Shown one piece after another: positions 1 through 12,470 of a stretch of DNA of 64,000 nucleotides. The stretch's first letter is position 1. Each line of letters begins with the position of its first letter. The DNA lies in assembly GCF_964213995.1 (NCBI RefSeq), contig NC_135802.1, forward strand, positions 47,430,001 to 47,494,000, written 5' to 3'. This DNA is from Mustelus asterias. Its lineage: Eukaryota. The notes beneath the pieces were generated by a model. It was not told where the DNA came from. It searched no databases and saw only the letters and a program-made list of their open reading frames with translations. A program made the position numbers and the translations under genes.

Positions 1-415
1 ATGGGGGTGGGGTGGTCCTACTGCTACTCTGCATAGGGATCAGTGGCAGAGGGGGGTGAGGGGCTGGCCCGGAGACGTCCGGGAAGCTCACGATCGGTGG
101 GGGGGTGGGAGTTCCCACGGCCAGTGAAGCGGGGTTGCTGTGCTGGCCAGCGATTGGGAGGCCGGCAGTGTGCGGCTAATGCGCGTGCACCGATCTCCAC
201 TCTGACAGATTGGCGCATGTGCAGTGGCCCACTCAGCGCTACGCTGCTGGCCTCTCCAGCAGGAATATGCCCCGTCCCCTGATTTTCAGCGCGAATCTCC
301 CTGAGCCACTCTGTGATGCTCAGAGTGTGGGAGATTCATTTTGAAAATCATGCTTAAAAAAAAACCAGCGGGAATTACTCTCATTTTTACACAAATTTGA
401 CACTTAGAATTTTTG
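1..415. mobile_element. Partial GC-rich non-autonomous DNA transposon (Harbinger-type MITE)
   Basis: Its end (...gacacttagaattttt) resembles the right end of the 6651-10125 MITE. Confidence 0.5.
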
Positions 416-968
416 CCTTACTCTGTGTTGCTCTGAATTGGTACACTGCCTTGGGAAACCACAGAATGGTAGTTGTCAATTTTATTCATTTTAGATTTGT
501 TCTTGGTCACTACCTAAATCCCCACAATTATCATTGCTCCATCATCCAGACGTGACTTTAACAGTCATGATTCAGAAAGCTAATATTGCTGTGTGTTGAC
601 TTACCTCAAGAAGGAATGTTTTTTTTGGTGGGGTAACAGGGTTAACTAATTCTCCATTCTGGGATTTTAGCGTTGGCCTGTATGTCAAGAACTCGCTACT
701 GAAGGTTTTAGTTTGATAATGAATTTGTTTATCTCTTCTTACTGTTTAAATGGTGATTCACAATATCTGTAGCATTCATGTTTAGAACCTAATTTTGCAA
801 TAGTCACTTGATATTATTGAAATAAAAGAATATACATGAAGTTTGAAGTAAATGTAATTTCCTCAAAATGGTTAACTTCTTCACAAGTTCAACAACTGTC
901 CTGCTTCAAAAGCACTCTGGATTTTTAAGGGTTAAATGCATGTTTTTAACATGCACCTTCTCCCATAG

Positions 969-1190
969 GAACCTCACCTAGGCGAAGAAGGAATGATGGG
1001 TGCTGGACTGTCACATGATCAGCGGAAATTGCTGCAAAGGTTTGATCCATCCAGGGTGACTAAAGAGGGTGGCAGTGTTTCTTCTTCAGATCTGAATAGC
1101 AGTCAGAGAGCACATTTAATCAAGTCTGCCAATAGGGACACAATAGGCTTCTTCATCGCTAAATTCGTGAAGGTGCAGGGTGTGTCATAA
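969..1190 (+). CDS. NSUN6: NSUN6 (tRNA/mRNA m5C methyltransferase), last coding exon
   Basis: Acceptor cccatag ends at 968. Translation EPHLGEEGMMGAGLSHDQRKLLQRFDPS...ANRDTIGFFIAKFVKVQGVS* matches the NSUN6 C-terminus as recalled (EPQIGGEGM.GAGL...LQRFDP...DSIGFFIAKFVK). NSUN6 is the known convergent neighbour of CACNB2. Confidence 0.92.
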   Translation, partial: EPHLGEEGMMGAGLSHDQRKLLQRFDPSRVTKEGGSVSSSDLNSSQRAHLIKSANRDTIGFFIAKFVKVQGVS

Positions 1191-1223
1191 TCCAAAACAA
1201 AACGTCAAATACCGGAAATTCAA

Positions 1224-1252
1224 AATAAAAACCAGAAGATTCTAGAAATAAA
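1224..1252 (+). promoter_or_regulatory. Candidate NSUN6 polyadenylation signals (AATAAA at 1224-1229 and 1247-1252)
   Basis: Two AATAAA hexamers just after the stop codon; usage is not demonstrated. Confidence 0.4.
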
Positions 1253-2254
1253 GAGCAGGTCAGTTAGCATCGGTAAGGAACAAAGATGGGTTATTGATGT
1301 TTCACCTGCGTATCCTTTAATTAATAGCTAGGTAGTTGGTATGCTGTTTGTAAACTGGTTAACACCTGAAGCTCAACTGTGAGCGCCAGCAGTTTATTGT
1401 TCCCATGACAGCAAGCCAAAGGCATTGTTGCCATGGTAGCAATAGATTTTGCCAGCTGTTCAATGAGATCATACACCATGTGCTGAAAAAGGTCATTAGG
1501 AGCTTTTGCATTTCATATAGAACCCGGATTGCAATATTTGGTCATATTTCTAATGTTTTGTATATGGAGACAGAAATGCAACATAAGCAACAGCTTCATG
1601 TGAAATGCCTTGTACTTAATGTCAAATTTTTGGCTTTCATTTTACATTTAAGCATAACTTATTTCAATTTTATAGTTTACAGAAAGTATTGGGAAACGTT
1701 TTTGTCCTTTTTACATTGTGTTATTATTGACAATTAAATCTTGTATTGTTTTATGTGAAACATTTCCTTAGTAAAGAAAACAGACTAAACTAGCCATGAT
1801 TATATTTCCTTTTTAATTTTGTGCACTGTCTACAGTAAGCTTATTTATAATGCCCCTATTTTTGAGTCACAATTTTTATATCAACATTTTTAGACAATGA
1901 TATTTTATCAACAATGATAAAACCTGGAGGTTAATATTTGCTGTCATACAATAGGGCCAGGTCTTCAGCCACTGATTAGCACTGCACGTGTTTCTTAGAT
2001 CTGCCTGTCATTTGGGTTTTAACACTCAATTGGAAATCTATTATGTTTGAAGTTGTCCAATTTTGAATAATAATTTGCCTAGCTTGTGTGGTTTGGCCTC
2101 GAAAACCTAGCTCTTGCACCAACTGATTTTACAGCTGACAGATTGTGGCCACTTTGTAACAACTGATTTATTATTTTCCTTGAGCCTACTACATATGACT
2201 CTTGCTTCCTCACACAGTGACCTCTTGCTTGCTTTTCATATCCCTGCAAGTGAT

Positions 2255-3503
2255 AGAACAAAGCAGAATGATGAGACAGAGTACAAGAATGAGATAGAGA
2301 ATCTGGTGAACTGGTGCGGCAAAAATAATCTCTCCCTCAATGTCAACAAAATGAAGGAGATTGTCATTGACTTCAGGAAGCATAGTGGAGGACATGCCCC
2401 TGTCAACATCAATGGGGACGAAGTAGAAATGGTCAAGAGCTTCAAGTTTTTAGGTGTCCAGATCACCAACAACCTGTTCTGGTCCCCCCATGCCAACACT
2501 ATAGTTAAGAAAGCCCACCAATGCCTCTACTTTCTTAGAAGACTAAAGAAATTTGGCATGTCAGCTACGATCAGCCATGATCTTACTGAATGGCGGAGCA
2601 GGCTTGAGGGGCTAGGTGGCCTACTCCTGCTCCTATTTCTTATGTTCTTATGACTCTCACCAACTTTTACAGATACACCATAGAAAGCATTCTTTCTGGT
2701 TGTACAACAGCTTGGTAAGGCTCCTGCTCTGTCCAAGACCGCAAGAAACTACAAAAGGTCGTGAATGTAGCCCAATCCATCATGCAAACCAGCCTCCCAT
2801 CCATTGACTCGGTCGACACTTTCATAGAATCATAGAATCTTACAGTGCAGAAAGAGGCCATCCGGCCATCGAGTCTGCACCAACCACAATCCCACCCAGA
2901 CCCTATCGCCATATCCCTACATATTTACCTACTAATTCCTCTAACCGATGCATCCTGGGACACTCACAGTCAATTTAGCATGACCAATCAACCTAGCCCG
3001 CACATCTTTGGACTGTGGGTGGAAACCGGAGCACCTGGAGGAAACCCACGCAGACATGGGGAGAATGTGCAAACTCCACACAGACAGTGACTTAAGCCGG
3101 GATTCGAACCCAGGTCCCCGGAGCTGTGAAGCAGCAGTGCTAACCACTATGCTACCGTGCCGCCCACTGCCTCGGCAAAGCAGCCAGCATAATTAAGGAC
3201 CCCACACACCCCGGACATTCTCTCTTCTACCTTCTTCCGTCGGTAAAAAGATACAAAAGTCTGAGGTCACGTACCAACCGACTCAAGAACAGCTTCTTCC
3301 CTGCTGCTGTCAGACTTTTGAATGGACCTACCTTGCATTAAGTTGATCTTTTTCTACACCCTAGCTATGACTGTAACATTACATTCTGCTCTCTCTCCTT
3401 TCCTTCCCTATGAACGATATGCTTTGTCTGTGGTAGCGCGCAAGAAACGATACTTTTCACAGTATGTTAATACATGTGACAATAATAAATCAAATCAAAT
3501 CAA
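2255..3503 (+). mobile_element. Rex1/Babar-clade LINE 3' fragment, interrupted by a CR1 3' end (~2569-2652) and an HE1 SINE
   Basis: RT C-terminus NDETEYKNEIENLVNWCGKNNLSLNVNKMKEIVIDFRK...KKAHQCLYFLRRLKKFG; ends in an aataaa(tcaaa)n tail. Confidence 0.85.
2824..3165 (-). mobile_element. HE1-type V-SINE with CR1-derived tail
   Basis: tRNA-like head ggcggcacggtagcatagtggttagcactgctgc, V-domain gggtttcctccaggtgctccggtttc and (ttctatga)n tail. Confidence 0.9.
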
Positions 3504-4659
3504 AAGCCTGCTGTGGGTAGGAGCATTTTATTCATCGTACCAGTTACAGAAGAGATTCTACAAATTGCCATGAGCAATGACACGGAAGATCTGCCAGTAA
3601 TATGTCTCGTTAAGATTTCCACTTCCTGCATTCACTAACCATGAACAGAATCTTGTGGCCTCCCCTGTGGCAGGGCATTTAATCAGGTGAGAGGGTGGCT
3701 GGTGGGGACACTGCCATCTTCCACCTTGATTAAGCCCATGGATAGCCTACCTATCTGGCCACCAATTGAGGCCCTTAAGTGAGCAATTAATGCCCACTTA
3801 ATACCTCACCTTGCCACCACTAGTATTAATCTAGCAGTGTGAGAGTCTCACCATTTGAGGAATGGAAGAAATTCTTGGCATGTTTGCTTGCAAGCTCCCA
3901 CGCTTGGGTGGTGTGGTGGTGTCTTGTTGAAAGGCATTCAATGCCTGATCGGCTTTGGGAAGCATCGGGGTGATGGGGTCTGAGAGCCACCTACCTCCTT
4001 GCCTTTGTTGCCTACCCTACGACTCCTTTCTCACCTGTGCCTCAGTCCCTGATGCTTTGGGTGGATAATGGCAGCAGCCACCGCATCCCAGGTGGCACTG
4101 TTGAGTACCGAAGAGTTTCTGGTCTTGGATTGGCTGGCAGCTCAGTGGGTGGAACTTGTAACCCTGGGTCCTTGGTCACGGGCCCACTGCTGGCTCTGTC
4201 AAGTGCCTGAGTGGCGTAAGATATTGTGGCCCTCCCTAAAGGAGGTATTGTAAGGCCCTCATTGACTATTTAGCTGGCAGCGAAGACTCCCGTCACCTCC
4301 ACAAGATTCTGCCCCATATTTCCTATGCCATGATTTGAATCTAAGACTTTTTATTTCAACATTTAAAATGGGAAAATTTTTGGAAATGAAATCTTTTGCT
4401 ATCAAACTTAAACCAATGAAGTCACAAGGCTTTTTGAAAAAGCATGTTTGCCTTTTTTCCTCTAGCTGTAAGTACTAATGTGCCAAATAAGATTTTTTAA
4501 TAATTTGAAGACAAATATTTCACAACAGCACAACTAATATTATTGTATTTTCATTGTATATCTTTGATATCTTTGCTTCATGAGCTCAGCATTTAAAAAT
4601 CCTGGGCTTCAAGTAGATATTTGTTCCTGAAAGTGGAGTCAAGCCAAGGAAAACCTGGT

Positions 4660-6600
4660 CATAAGACAGAGGAGCAGAATTAGGCCATTCGGCCCATCGA
4701 GTCTGCTCTGCCATTCAATCTTGGCTGATATTTTTCTCATCCCCATTCTCCTGCCTTTTCCCCATAACCCCTGATCCCCTTATTAATCAAGAACCTATCT
4801 ATCTCTGTCTTAAAGACACTCAATCACCTGGCCCATGATCCATCTCCTTTGACATCCTTGAGAAAGTGACAACTTAATGGTACGCTAAACATCCAGAAGT
4901 CATTTGGCTGCAGTCCTTGTGGGAATTCTCTTCCCCATACCTTGGGTATGGGTAAGAGAAATTGGCTGCAAGATAAACCATCTGCTACTTGTTGGAGAAA
5001 ATACATAAGGTAAGCGTGAGGAGAATACTGAGTGGGCTACTCCAGGACTCATTCTAAGGTCATGATTGTTTCTAATTTACAGCGACAACTTGGACTGAGA
5101 AACCTAACGCAAATTGGGTAAATTTGCAGATGATAACAAACTTGGAGGAACAATGGGAAATGGAATTGGGCCAATTATTAGAGGGCAGAGTGCCAGCAGA
5201 TTAAAAACTGCAGACAAGGTTCTGAATAAAATTAAATGTATAATTGACAATGTAGATAAAGGGCAGCATGAGATAGCGCATAAGATCACTTGCAAAATGC
5301 CTGGAAGAGATGTGGGAACTAGAGCAGTTTGGCAGTGCTCACTGACATGTGGTAAAGTATCATGACCACATAAGCTTAGAAAATCTGCAGCAAGACACAG
5401 CAGTTAGCAGATTCGTGCCAAAAACAAGACTTGTGCTATAAAGCAACCTGGACAGCATTGTGCAGTCAGGTTTAGACTTGGGGATAGTACATATTGCTAG
5501 GGTTACATCAAATTCTGTGATCAAACTTAAGGTGCGTTTTAGTGGAAAATGCAAACATGGGATTAAATTTGTGTTCTTTGTTACTCAAAGCTTAGAAATA
5601 TCTTGGATCGGCACCTAATTTGTGGATATAATAGATATATTCACTTGATTGTAATCGCATATGTAATCATTATGGCACAGGAGACCATTCGACCATCGAC
5701 CCCATGCCACTCTCAGCAGAGCAGTCTAATTTGTCCCATTACCTTGCTCTATGTAGCTCTGAAAGTTTATTTCCCTCAAGTGCACATCAGTTTCTTTGGG
5801 AAATTGTTCATCGTCTCTGTGTCCACCACCCTTGCAGGCAGCGAGGTTCAGGTCATTAGCATACACTGCGTAAAAGAAAAGAGGTTCTTCCTCTCATCCT
5901 CCCTGCAACTCTTACCCAAAACCTTAAATTGTGTTCTCTTGTTCTTGTACCATCAGCTAATAGGAACAGCTTTGTTTTGTCTGCTTTGTCAAACCTCTCA
6001 TAATCTCATGCATATCTACCAAATCTCCCTCCCCTCACCAAGGAGAACAACCCCAGCTTTTCCAAACTAACCTCAAGTGCTGAAATCATTCTGATAAATC
6101 TCCTCTGCACCTCTTAAGGACCTTCACATCTTTTCCAAAGTGTGGTGACCAGAAACTGAATGCAAGAATCTAATTGAGGTCTAACCAGAGCTTTACAAAG
6201 GTTCAGCACAACTTCCCAGTTTTCCAATCCATTACTTATAAAGCCCAAGATACCACATGCTGTGCTAAGCACTCTCTCAACATGTTCTGCCATCTTCAAA
6301 GATCTAGGCACACGAACCCCCTCAGGTCCCTCTGTCCTTTTGTACTCTTTAGAACTGTACCATTTCTTCTCGTCTATATTGCCCCTCTGTATCCCTCCTG
6401 CCAGAATGCATCACTTCACACCTCTCTGCCACACTTGTATGCCCACTGCCCTGTTACAGTCAATTAGTATCATCCTCACTGTCAGTCACACTCCCCAAGT
6501 TTAGTGTCATTGGTAAATTTCAAAATGTTACTCTCTGTTCCTATATATGTCAGAATAGCCGTGGTCCCAGCACTGAAAGCCTTGGGGAATGCCACTGTAT
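4660..6600. mobile_element. Cluster of old, decayed CR1 LINE fragments
   Basis: CR1 3' end at 4660-4850 (-), KFADD remnant near 5120 (+), and an LVRPQLDSCIQF remnant at 6114-6311 (-). Confidence 0.7.
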
Positions 6601-6650
6601 GTATCCTCTATACGGAGGGGTGGAAATGCAGCCATTTATCACAACTCACT

Positions 6651-9600
6651 GGGGGCGATTATCCCATTCCAACCCGCTAATTTTTTGGTGGGTCGGGCTG
6701 GGAGATTTGCACATGTGTTCCCGAAGCGCGTGCATCTCTCAGCGACGGATATCCGGCGCGGTCGGGACCACACTGGAAACTGGCGGGAACAGCAGGCAAG
6801 TCACTTTAATCTTATTTCAATGTGATTATGGGGACTGGGACTCAATTTTCCAGGCCCGATAGCATTTCCCACCCGCCAGTACAATTTCATTCTAGTGGGG
6901 TTTAGAGTAACTACCCACTTTCGGGGAATTAATGGGCGATTTCGCTGGAGTGAAGGGGGGACAATCAAGAGGTGGGGGATGGTGCCCCCGGGCATGGGCA
7001 CCCTGGCAGTGCCAGCCTGTGCCCCCGGCACTGCCCACCGGGCATTGGGCAGTGCCAAGGGTGTAGGGCCTATTGGGGGTGGGGCCTTGGCGGCGATCGG
7101 TGGGGGTGAGGGGTCCCGATGCCACTGACATTTGGATTGATTGGGGCTGGAGGGAATTTTGCAATCGGGCGGGCTGGGAGGGGGGGTAGGGAGGTGGTCT
7201 GCTGGGGGAGGTCTGCCTCCTGTGGGAGGGGTCTGTCAGGGGAGATCATTACTGGTGGGGCGGTGGAGGAATCGGGGCTGGCCTGGGAATGCTTGTGGGG
7301 GCCATGATTGGGCCATGGCGGGGTGCTGGAGGGGCAGCACTGCGGGAGTCCCAGGCCTGGCCAGCAAACTGCAGGCTCCCAGTTTGGGGCCACTGTGCAC
7401 GAGCAGCATTCCAGAACTGTCAGACTCCGGCGTGAAAAGGCCCCGCCCCTGAGCTTTTAATGATATTCACGATTGTGACCTCTGATTGCACAGAGTGGGA
7501 AGATTCAAGTTTGAACTCCCACTGAAAAAAACAATCGTGATTTACACCATTTTTCCTGCGAATTCAGCACTTAGAACCATTGAACATTACAGCACAGAAA
7601 CAGGCCTTTTGGCCCTTCTTGGCTGTGCCAAACCATTTTTCTGCCTAGTCCCATTGACCTGCACCTGGACCATATCCCTCCACACCCCTCTCTTCCATGT
7701 ACCTGTCCAAGTTTTTCTTAAATGTTAAAAGTGAGCCCGCATTCACCACCTCATCTGGCAGCTCATTCCACACTCCCACCACTCTCTGTGAAGAAGCCCC
7801 CCCTAATATTCCCTTTAAACTTTTCCCCCCTCACCCTTAACCCATGTCCTCTAGTTATTTTCTCCCCTAGCCTCAGTGGAAAAAGCCTGCTTACATTCAC
7901 TCTATCTATACCCATCATAATTTTATACACCTCTATCAAATCTCCCCTCATTCTTCTACGCTCCAGGGAATAAAGTCCTAACCTATTCAACCTTTCTCTG
8001 TAACTCAGTTTCTCAAGTCCCGGCAACATCCTTGTAAACCTTCTCTGCACTCTTTCAACCTTATTAATATCCTTCCTGTAATTAGGTGACCAAAACTGCA
8101 CACAATACTCTAAATTCGGCCTCACCAATGTCTTATACAACCTCACCATAACATTCCAACTCCTATACTCAATACTTTGATTTATAAAGGTCAATGTACC
8201 AAAAGCACTCTTTACAACCCTATCTACCTGTGACGCCACTTTTAGGGAATTATGTATCTGTATTCCCAGATCCCTCTGTTCTACTGCACTCTTCAGTGTC
8301 CTGCCATTTACCTTGTATGTTCTACCTTGGTTTGTCCTTCCAAAGTGCAATACCTCACACTTGTCTGCATTAAACTCCATCTGCCATTTTTCAGCCCATT
8401 TTTCTAGCTGGTCCAAATCCCTCTGCAAGCTTTGAAAACCTTCCTCACTGTCCACTACACCTCCAATCTTTGTATCATCAGCAAATTTGCTGATCCAATT
8501 TACCACAGTATCATCCAGATCATTGATATAGATGACAAACAACAATGGATCCAGCACTGATCCCTGAGGCACACCACTAGTCACAGGCCTCCACTCAGAT
8601 AAGCAATCCTCCACTACCACTCCCTGGCTTCTTCCATTGCATCTCCACATCATTCTTCCATTGAGCCAATGTCTAATCCAATTTACTACCTCTCCATGTA
8701 TACCTAGCGACTGAACCTTCCTGACTAACCTCCAGTAAGGTCTTTGACAAGATCCCGCATGGAAGTCCATGTAGACAACATCCACTGCCTTCCCTTCATC
8801 CACTTTCCTGGTAACCTCCTCGAAAAACTCTAATAGATTGGTTAAACATGACCTACCACGCACAAAGCCATGTTGACTCTCCCTAATAAGTCCCTGGCTA
8901 TCCAAATATTTGTAGATCCTATCTCTTAGTACTCCTTCCAATAATTTACCTACTGACGTCAAACGTACCGGCCTATAATTTCCCGCATTACTTTTTGAGC
9001 CTTTTTTAAACAGCGGAACAACATGAGCTATCCTCCAATCATCCGGCACCTCACCCGTGGATACCGACATTTTAAATATATCTGCCAGGGCCCCTGCAAT
9101 TTCAGCACTAGTCTCCTTCAAGGTCTGAGGGAATACCCTGTCCGGTCCTGGGGATTTATCTACTCTGATTTGCCTCAAGACAACAAGCACCTCCTCCCCT
9201 TTAATCTGTATAGGTTCCATGACCTCCCTACTTGTTTGCCTTATTTCCATAGACTCCATGCCAGTTTCCTGAGTAAATACGGATGCAAAAAAACCATTTA
9301 ATATCTCCCCCATTTCTTTTGGTTCCATACATAGCCAACCACTCTGATCTTCAAGAGCACCAATTTTATCCCTTACTATCCTTTTGCTCTTAATATACCT
9401 GTAGAAGCTCTTAGCATTATCCTTCACCTTGTCTGCCAAAGCAACCTCATGTCTTCTTTTAGCCCTCCTGATTTCTTTCTTAAGTAGTTTCTTGCACTTT
9501 TTACACTCCTCAAGCATCTTTTTTGCTCCCTGTTGCCTAGACATGTCATACATCTCTCTCTTCTTCTTGATCAGAGTTCCAATATCCCTCGAGAACCAAG

Positions 9601-10125
9601 GTTCCTTATTCTTATTCACTTTGCCTTTAATCCTGACAGGAACATACAAACTCTGCACTCTCAAAATTTCTCCTTTGAAGGCCTCCCACTTACCATTCAC
9701 ATCCTTGCCAGAGAACAGCCTGTCCCAATCCATGCTTTTTAGATCCTTTCTCATTTCTTCAAATTTGGCCTTTTTCCAGTTTAGAACCTCAACCCGAGGA
9801 CCAGATCTATCTTTATCCATGATCAACTTGGAACTAATGGCGTTATGATCACTGGAACCAAAGTGTTCCCCTACACACACTTCCGTCACTTGTCCTAACT
9901 CGTTTCCTAATAGGAGATCTAATATTGCATCCTGTCTAGTTGGTACCTCTATATATTGATTTAGAAAATTTTCCTGAACACATTTTACAAGCTCTAACCT
10001 GTCTAGACCTTTAACAGTATGGGAGTCCCAATCTATATGTGGAAAATTAAAATCCCCTACTATCACAACTTTATGTTTCCTGCAGTTGTCTGCTATCTTA
10101 GAATATTTTTGGGAGAATCGTCCCC
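6651..10125. mobile_element. Harbinger-type MITE (~950 bp) split by a CR1 insertion
   Basis: TIRs gggggcgattatccca (6651) and tgggagaatcgtcccc (ends 10125); 3-bp TSD act at 6648-6650 and 10126-10128. Confidence 0.8.
7577..10096 (-). mobile_element. 5'-truncated young CR1 LINE, open ORF2 (end of APE endonuclease plus complete RT)
   Basis: ORF 7763-10156 has GDFNFP, SDH, PGPD, NYRPV, QHGF, GVPQGSVL and FADD motifs. TSD cttagaa at 7570-7576 and 10097-10103. The first ~20 aa of the ORF come from the flanking MITE/host sequence. Confidence 0.95.
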
Positions 10126-11754
10126 ACTGTTCTGTCTTTCGCCCATTTTTACCCAAAATGACTCCTATTCCATGAGTCTCAATTTATTTTACGTGGTATT
10201 TTGTTGAAGGCTTTCTTAAAATCCATACTGACAGATCCATTGTATCCCTTCATCATTTGTTAGTTCAATAGAAAGGCCTTTTACAAGTCCATGCTAACTC
10301 TCCTTAATTAAGTAAAATCTCCCCATGTGCCTGTCGATTTTCTCCTGGATGTTAAACTGATTGACCTGTAGCTACAAGGAATGTAGCTACACCTTTCTTG
10401 AAAAAGTGTCACTGTACAATCCTCTGGTGCCTCCTGTGCATCAGGCAATATTCCATAGAATCCCTACAGTGCAGAAGAAGACCATTTGGCCCATCGAGTC
10501 TGCCCGAATCCTCGAAAGATGACTCTACCTAGGCCCATTCCCCTGCTCTATCCCCACGCATTGATCATTGCCAATCCACCTAACCTTCACATCTTGGAAG
10601 ATTATGCCTCAGCCTTCCACTATTTCCATTCTTTAACAACCTGGGAATGCAAGCCATCTGGACTAGGCAAGTATAGGCAGCCTTCCTAGTGCATCCTATT
10701 CATTTTCACCCCATCATTATGTTGGTGTTCAGTAAATCTCTAATGTTAACTTTTCTTGGGGGCGGAGAGAATTCACTGGCCCTGTGGCGATTGGCAGGTA
10801 TCTGTTGATTATTCCAAACAGCTTATTTTAATGTAATTAGCGAGCTTGAAGCCTGATTCAAAGTCCTCCCGCCATTCACCCACCTCTCCAGTGGGATCTG
10901 AACAGCTTTGGTGCTGCTCTTGAGCATCGTGGCACATTGGACCTCAAGTGGGGTCGGGCAAGTTAAGTGCAGTGCCCATGTGTTCCTCTGCTGCTGCCAG
11001 GCTGCAACGGCAGAGTCCCCAAGGGTCCTGAGGTTGGATGGGTTCAGGAGGGGGGCAAGGGGTTGAACTTGGCACTCTCCCCGGGATGTGGGGGGGGAGG
11101 CGGGGGGTAGGTCTAGTGGCTAGGCTGATCCTTCTAGCCTGGGCAGCCTGAAGATCACTCCTGGCATGGTGATTTTCCTGCAAGTGGCAAGACTTTGCTT
11201 TTCTGGAGAATCACAGCCTATGTGTCTAAACCATTTTCCTTTGAGCTGCTGGTCCTATATGATGGTGTCATTCCATATCCCAGAAGACTGTCATTCCATA
11301 TGAGGCAAATCCAAACTCTACGTAGATTTCTCTTTAGTTTGGCTTGGAGATTAAGTTGGGTGATGGTTTCTGCACAATCAGACACATGACTAACCAATAA
11401 CAAGAAAATTAATTCAGTGAATATATAAGATTGAAAAGTTAGGCAATTTGTCTGATTTAAACTTGTTTGCTTAGTGACCATTATGACTTGAAATTTGCAC
11501 CTTTCTAATGTTCTAGCTCACATTTTGAATTGAAAACTGTTTCTACATGATGTAACTCATGCTACAACTAAACATCTATGAGAAGGATAGGAACAAGGAG
11601 CTGAAAAGTCCACAGTCTCCTCCATCCCACCCAGCAGTGACATTAGCTCATTGTCACCCAAGATACTGGCAGAAAATTACAGCACAGAAAGAGAACATTC
11701 AGCTCATCTATCCAGTAATGGTGGAAACTGGAAGAGAGCAATAGTTCCATTTTT

Positions 11755-12470
11755 AAAATCTTTCACAGGATGTGGGTGTCGTTGGCTTGGTGCATCCCCA
11801 ATTGTCCTTGAGAGGTTGGTGGTGAGCCATCTCTTGAACCGCTGCAGTCCATGTGGTGTAGGTACATACACAGTGCTGTTAGGGAGGGAGTTCCAGTATT
11901 TTGTCCCAGCGACAGTGAACAGTTTGAAGTGATATAGTTCCAAATCAGGACGGTGTGTGGCTTAGAGGAGAAGTAACAGATGCTGGTGTTCACCTGCCTC
12001 TGCTGCCCTTGCCCTTCTAGGTGGAAGAGGTCACGTTCATTGTGGAACATAGGCATCGCTGGCTGGCCAGCATTTATTGCCCTCCCTAGTTGCCTTTGGA
12101 GGACAGTTGAGAGTCAACCACATTGCTGTGGCTCTGGAGTCACATGTAGGCCAGACCAGGTAAGGACAGCAGATTTCCTTCCCTCAAGGCCATTAGTGAA
12201 CAATCGACAATGGTTTCATGGTCCTCAGAAGATTCTTAATTCCAGATTTTTAAAAATTGAATTCAAATTCCACATCTGCCGTGGCGGGATTTGAACCTGG
12301 GTCTCCAGAACATTAGTTGAGTTTCTGGATTAATAATCTAGATTCTGGATTAATAATCTAACGATAATACCACTAGATGCTGTTGATGGAGCCTCTGTGA
12401 GTTCCTGCAGTACATCTTGTAAATGGTACATACAGCTGCCACTGTACATCGATGACGGAGGGAGTGGATG
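11755..12470 (-). mobile_element. LINE 3' fragment with a nested SacSINE1/DeuSINE-type SINE (~12040-12378)
   Basis: Decayed RT-terminal peptide (..YWNSLPNSTVYVPTPHGLQRFK..). The SINE matches the copies at 48847 and 62270. Confidence 0.7.

Noticed and set aside
1405-1737. 110-aa ORF downstream of NSUN6
   Set aside because: It is AT-rich UTR or intergenic sequence with no splice or homology support.
7763-10156. 797-aa ORF as an active or domesticated gene
   Set aside because: The start is a non-ATG codon borrowed from flanking sequence, the endonuclease is truncated, and an RT motif is destroyed by the micro-inversion.
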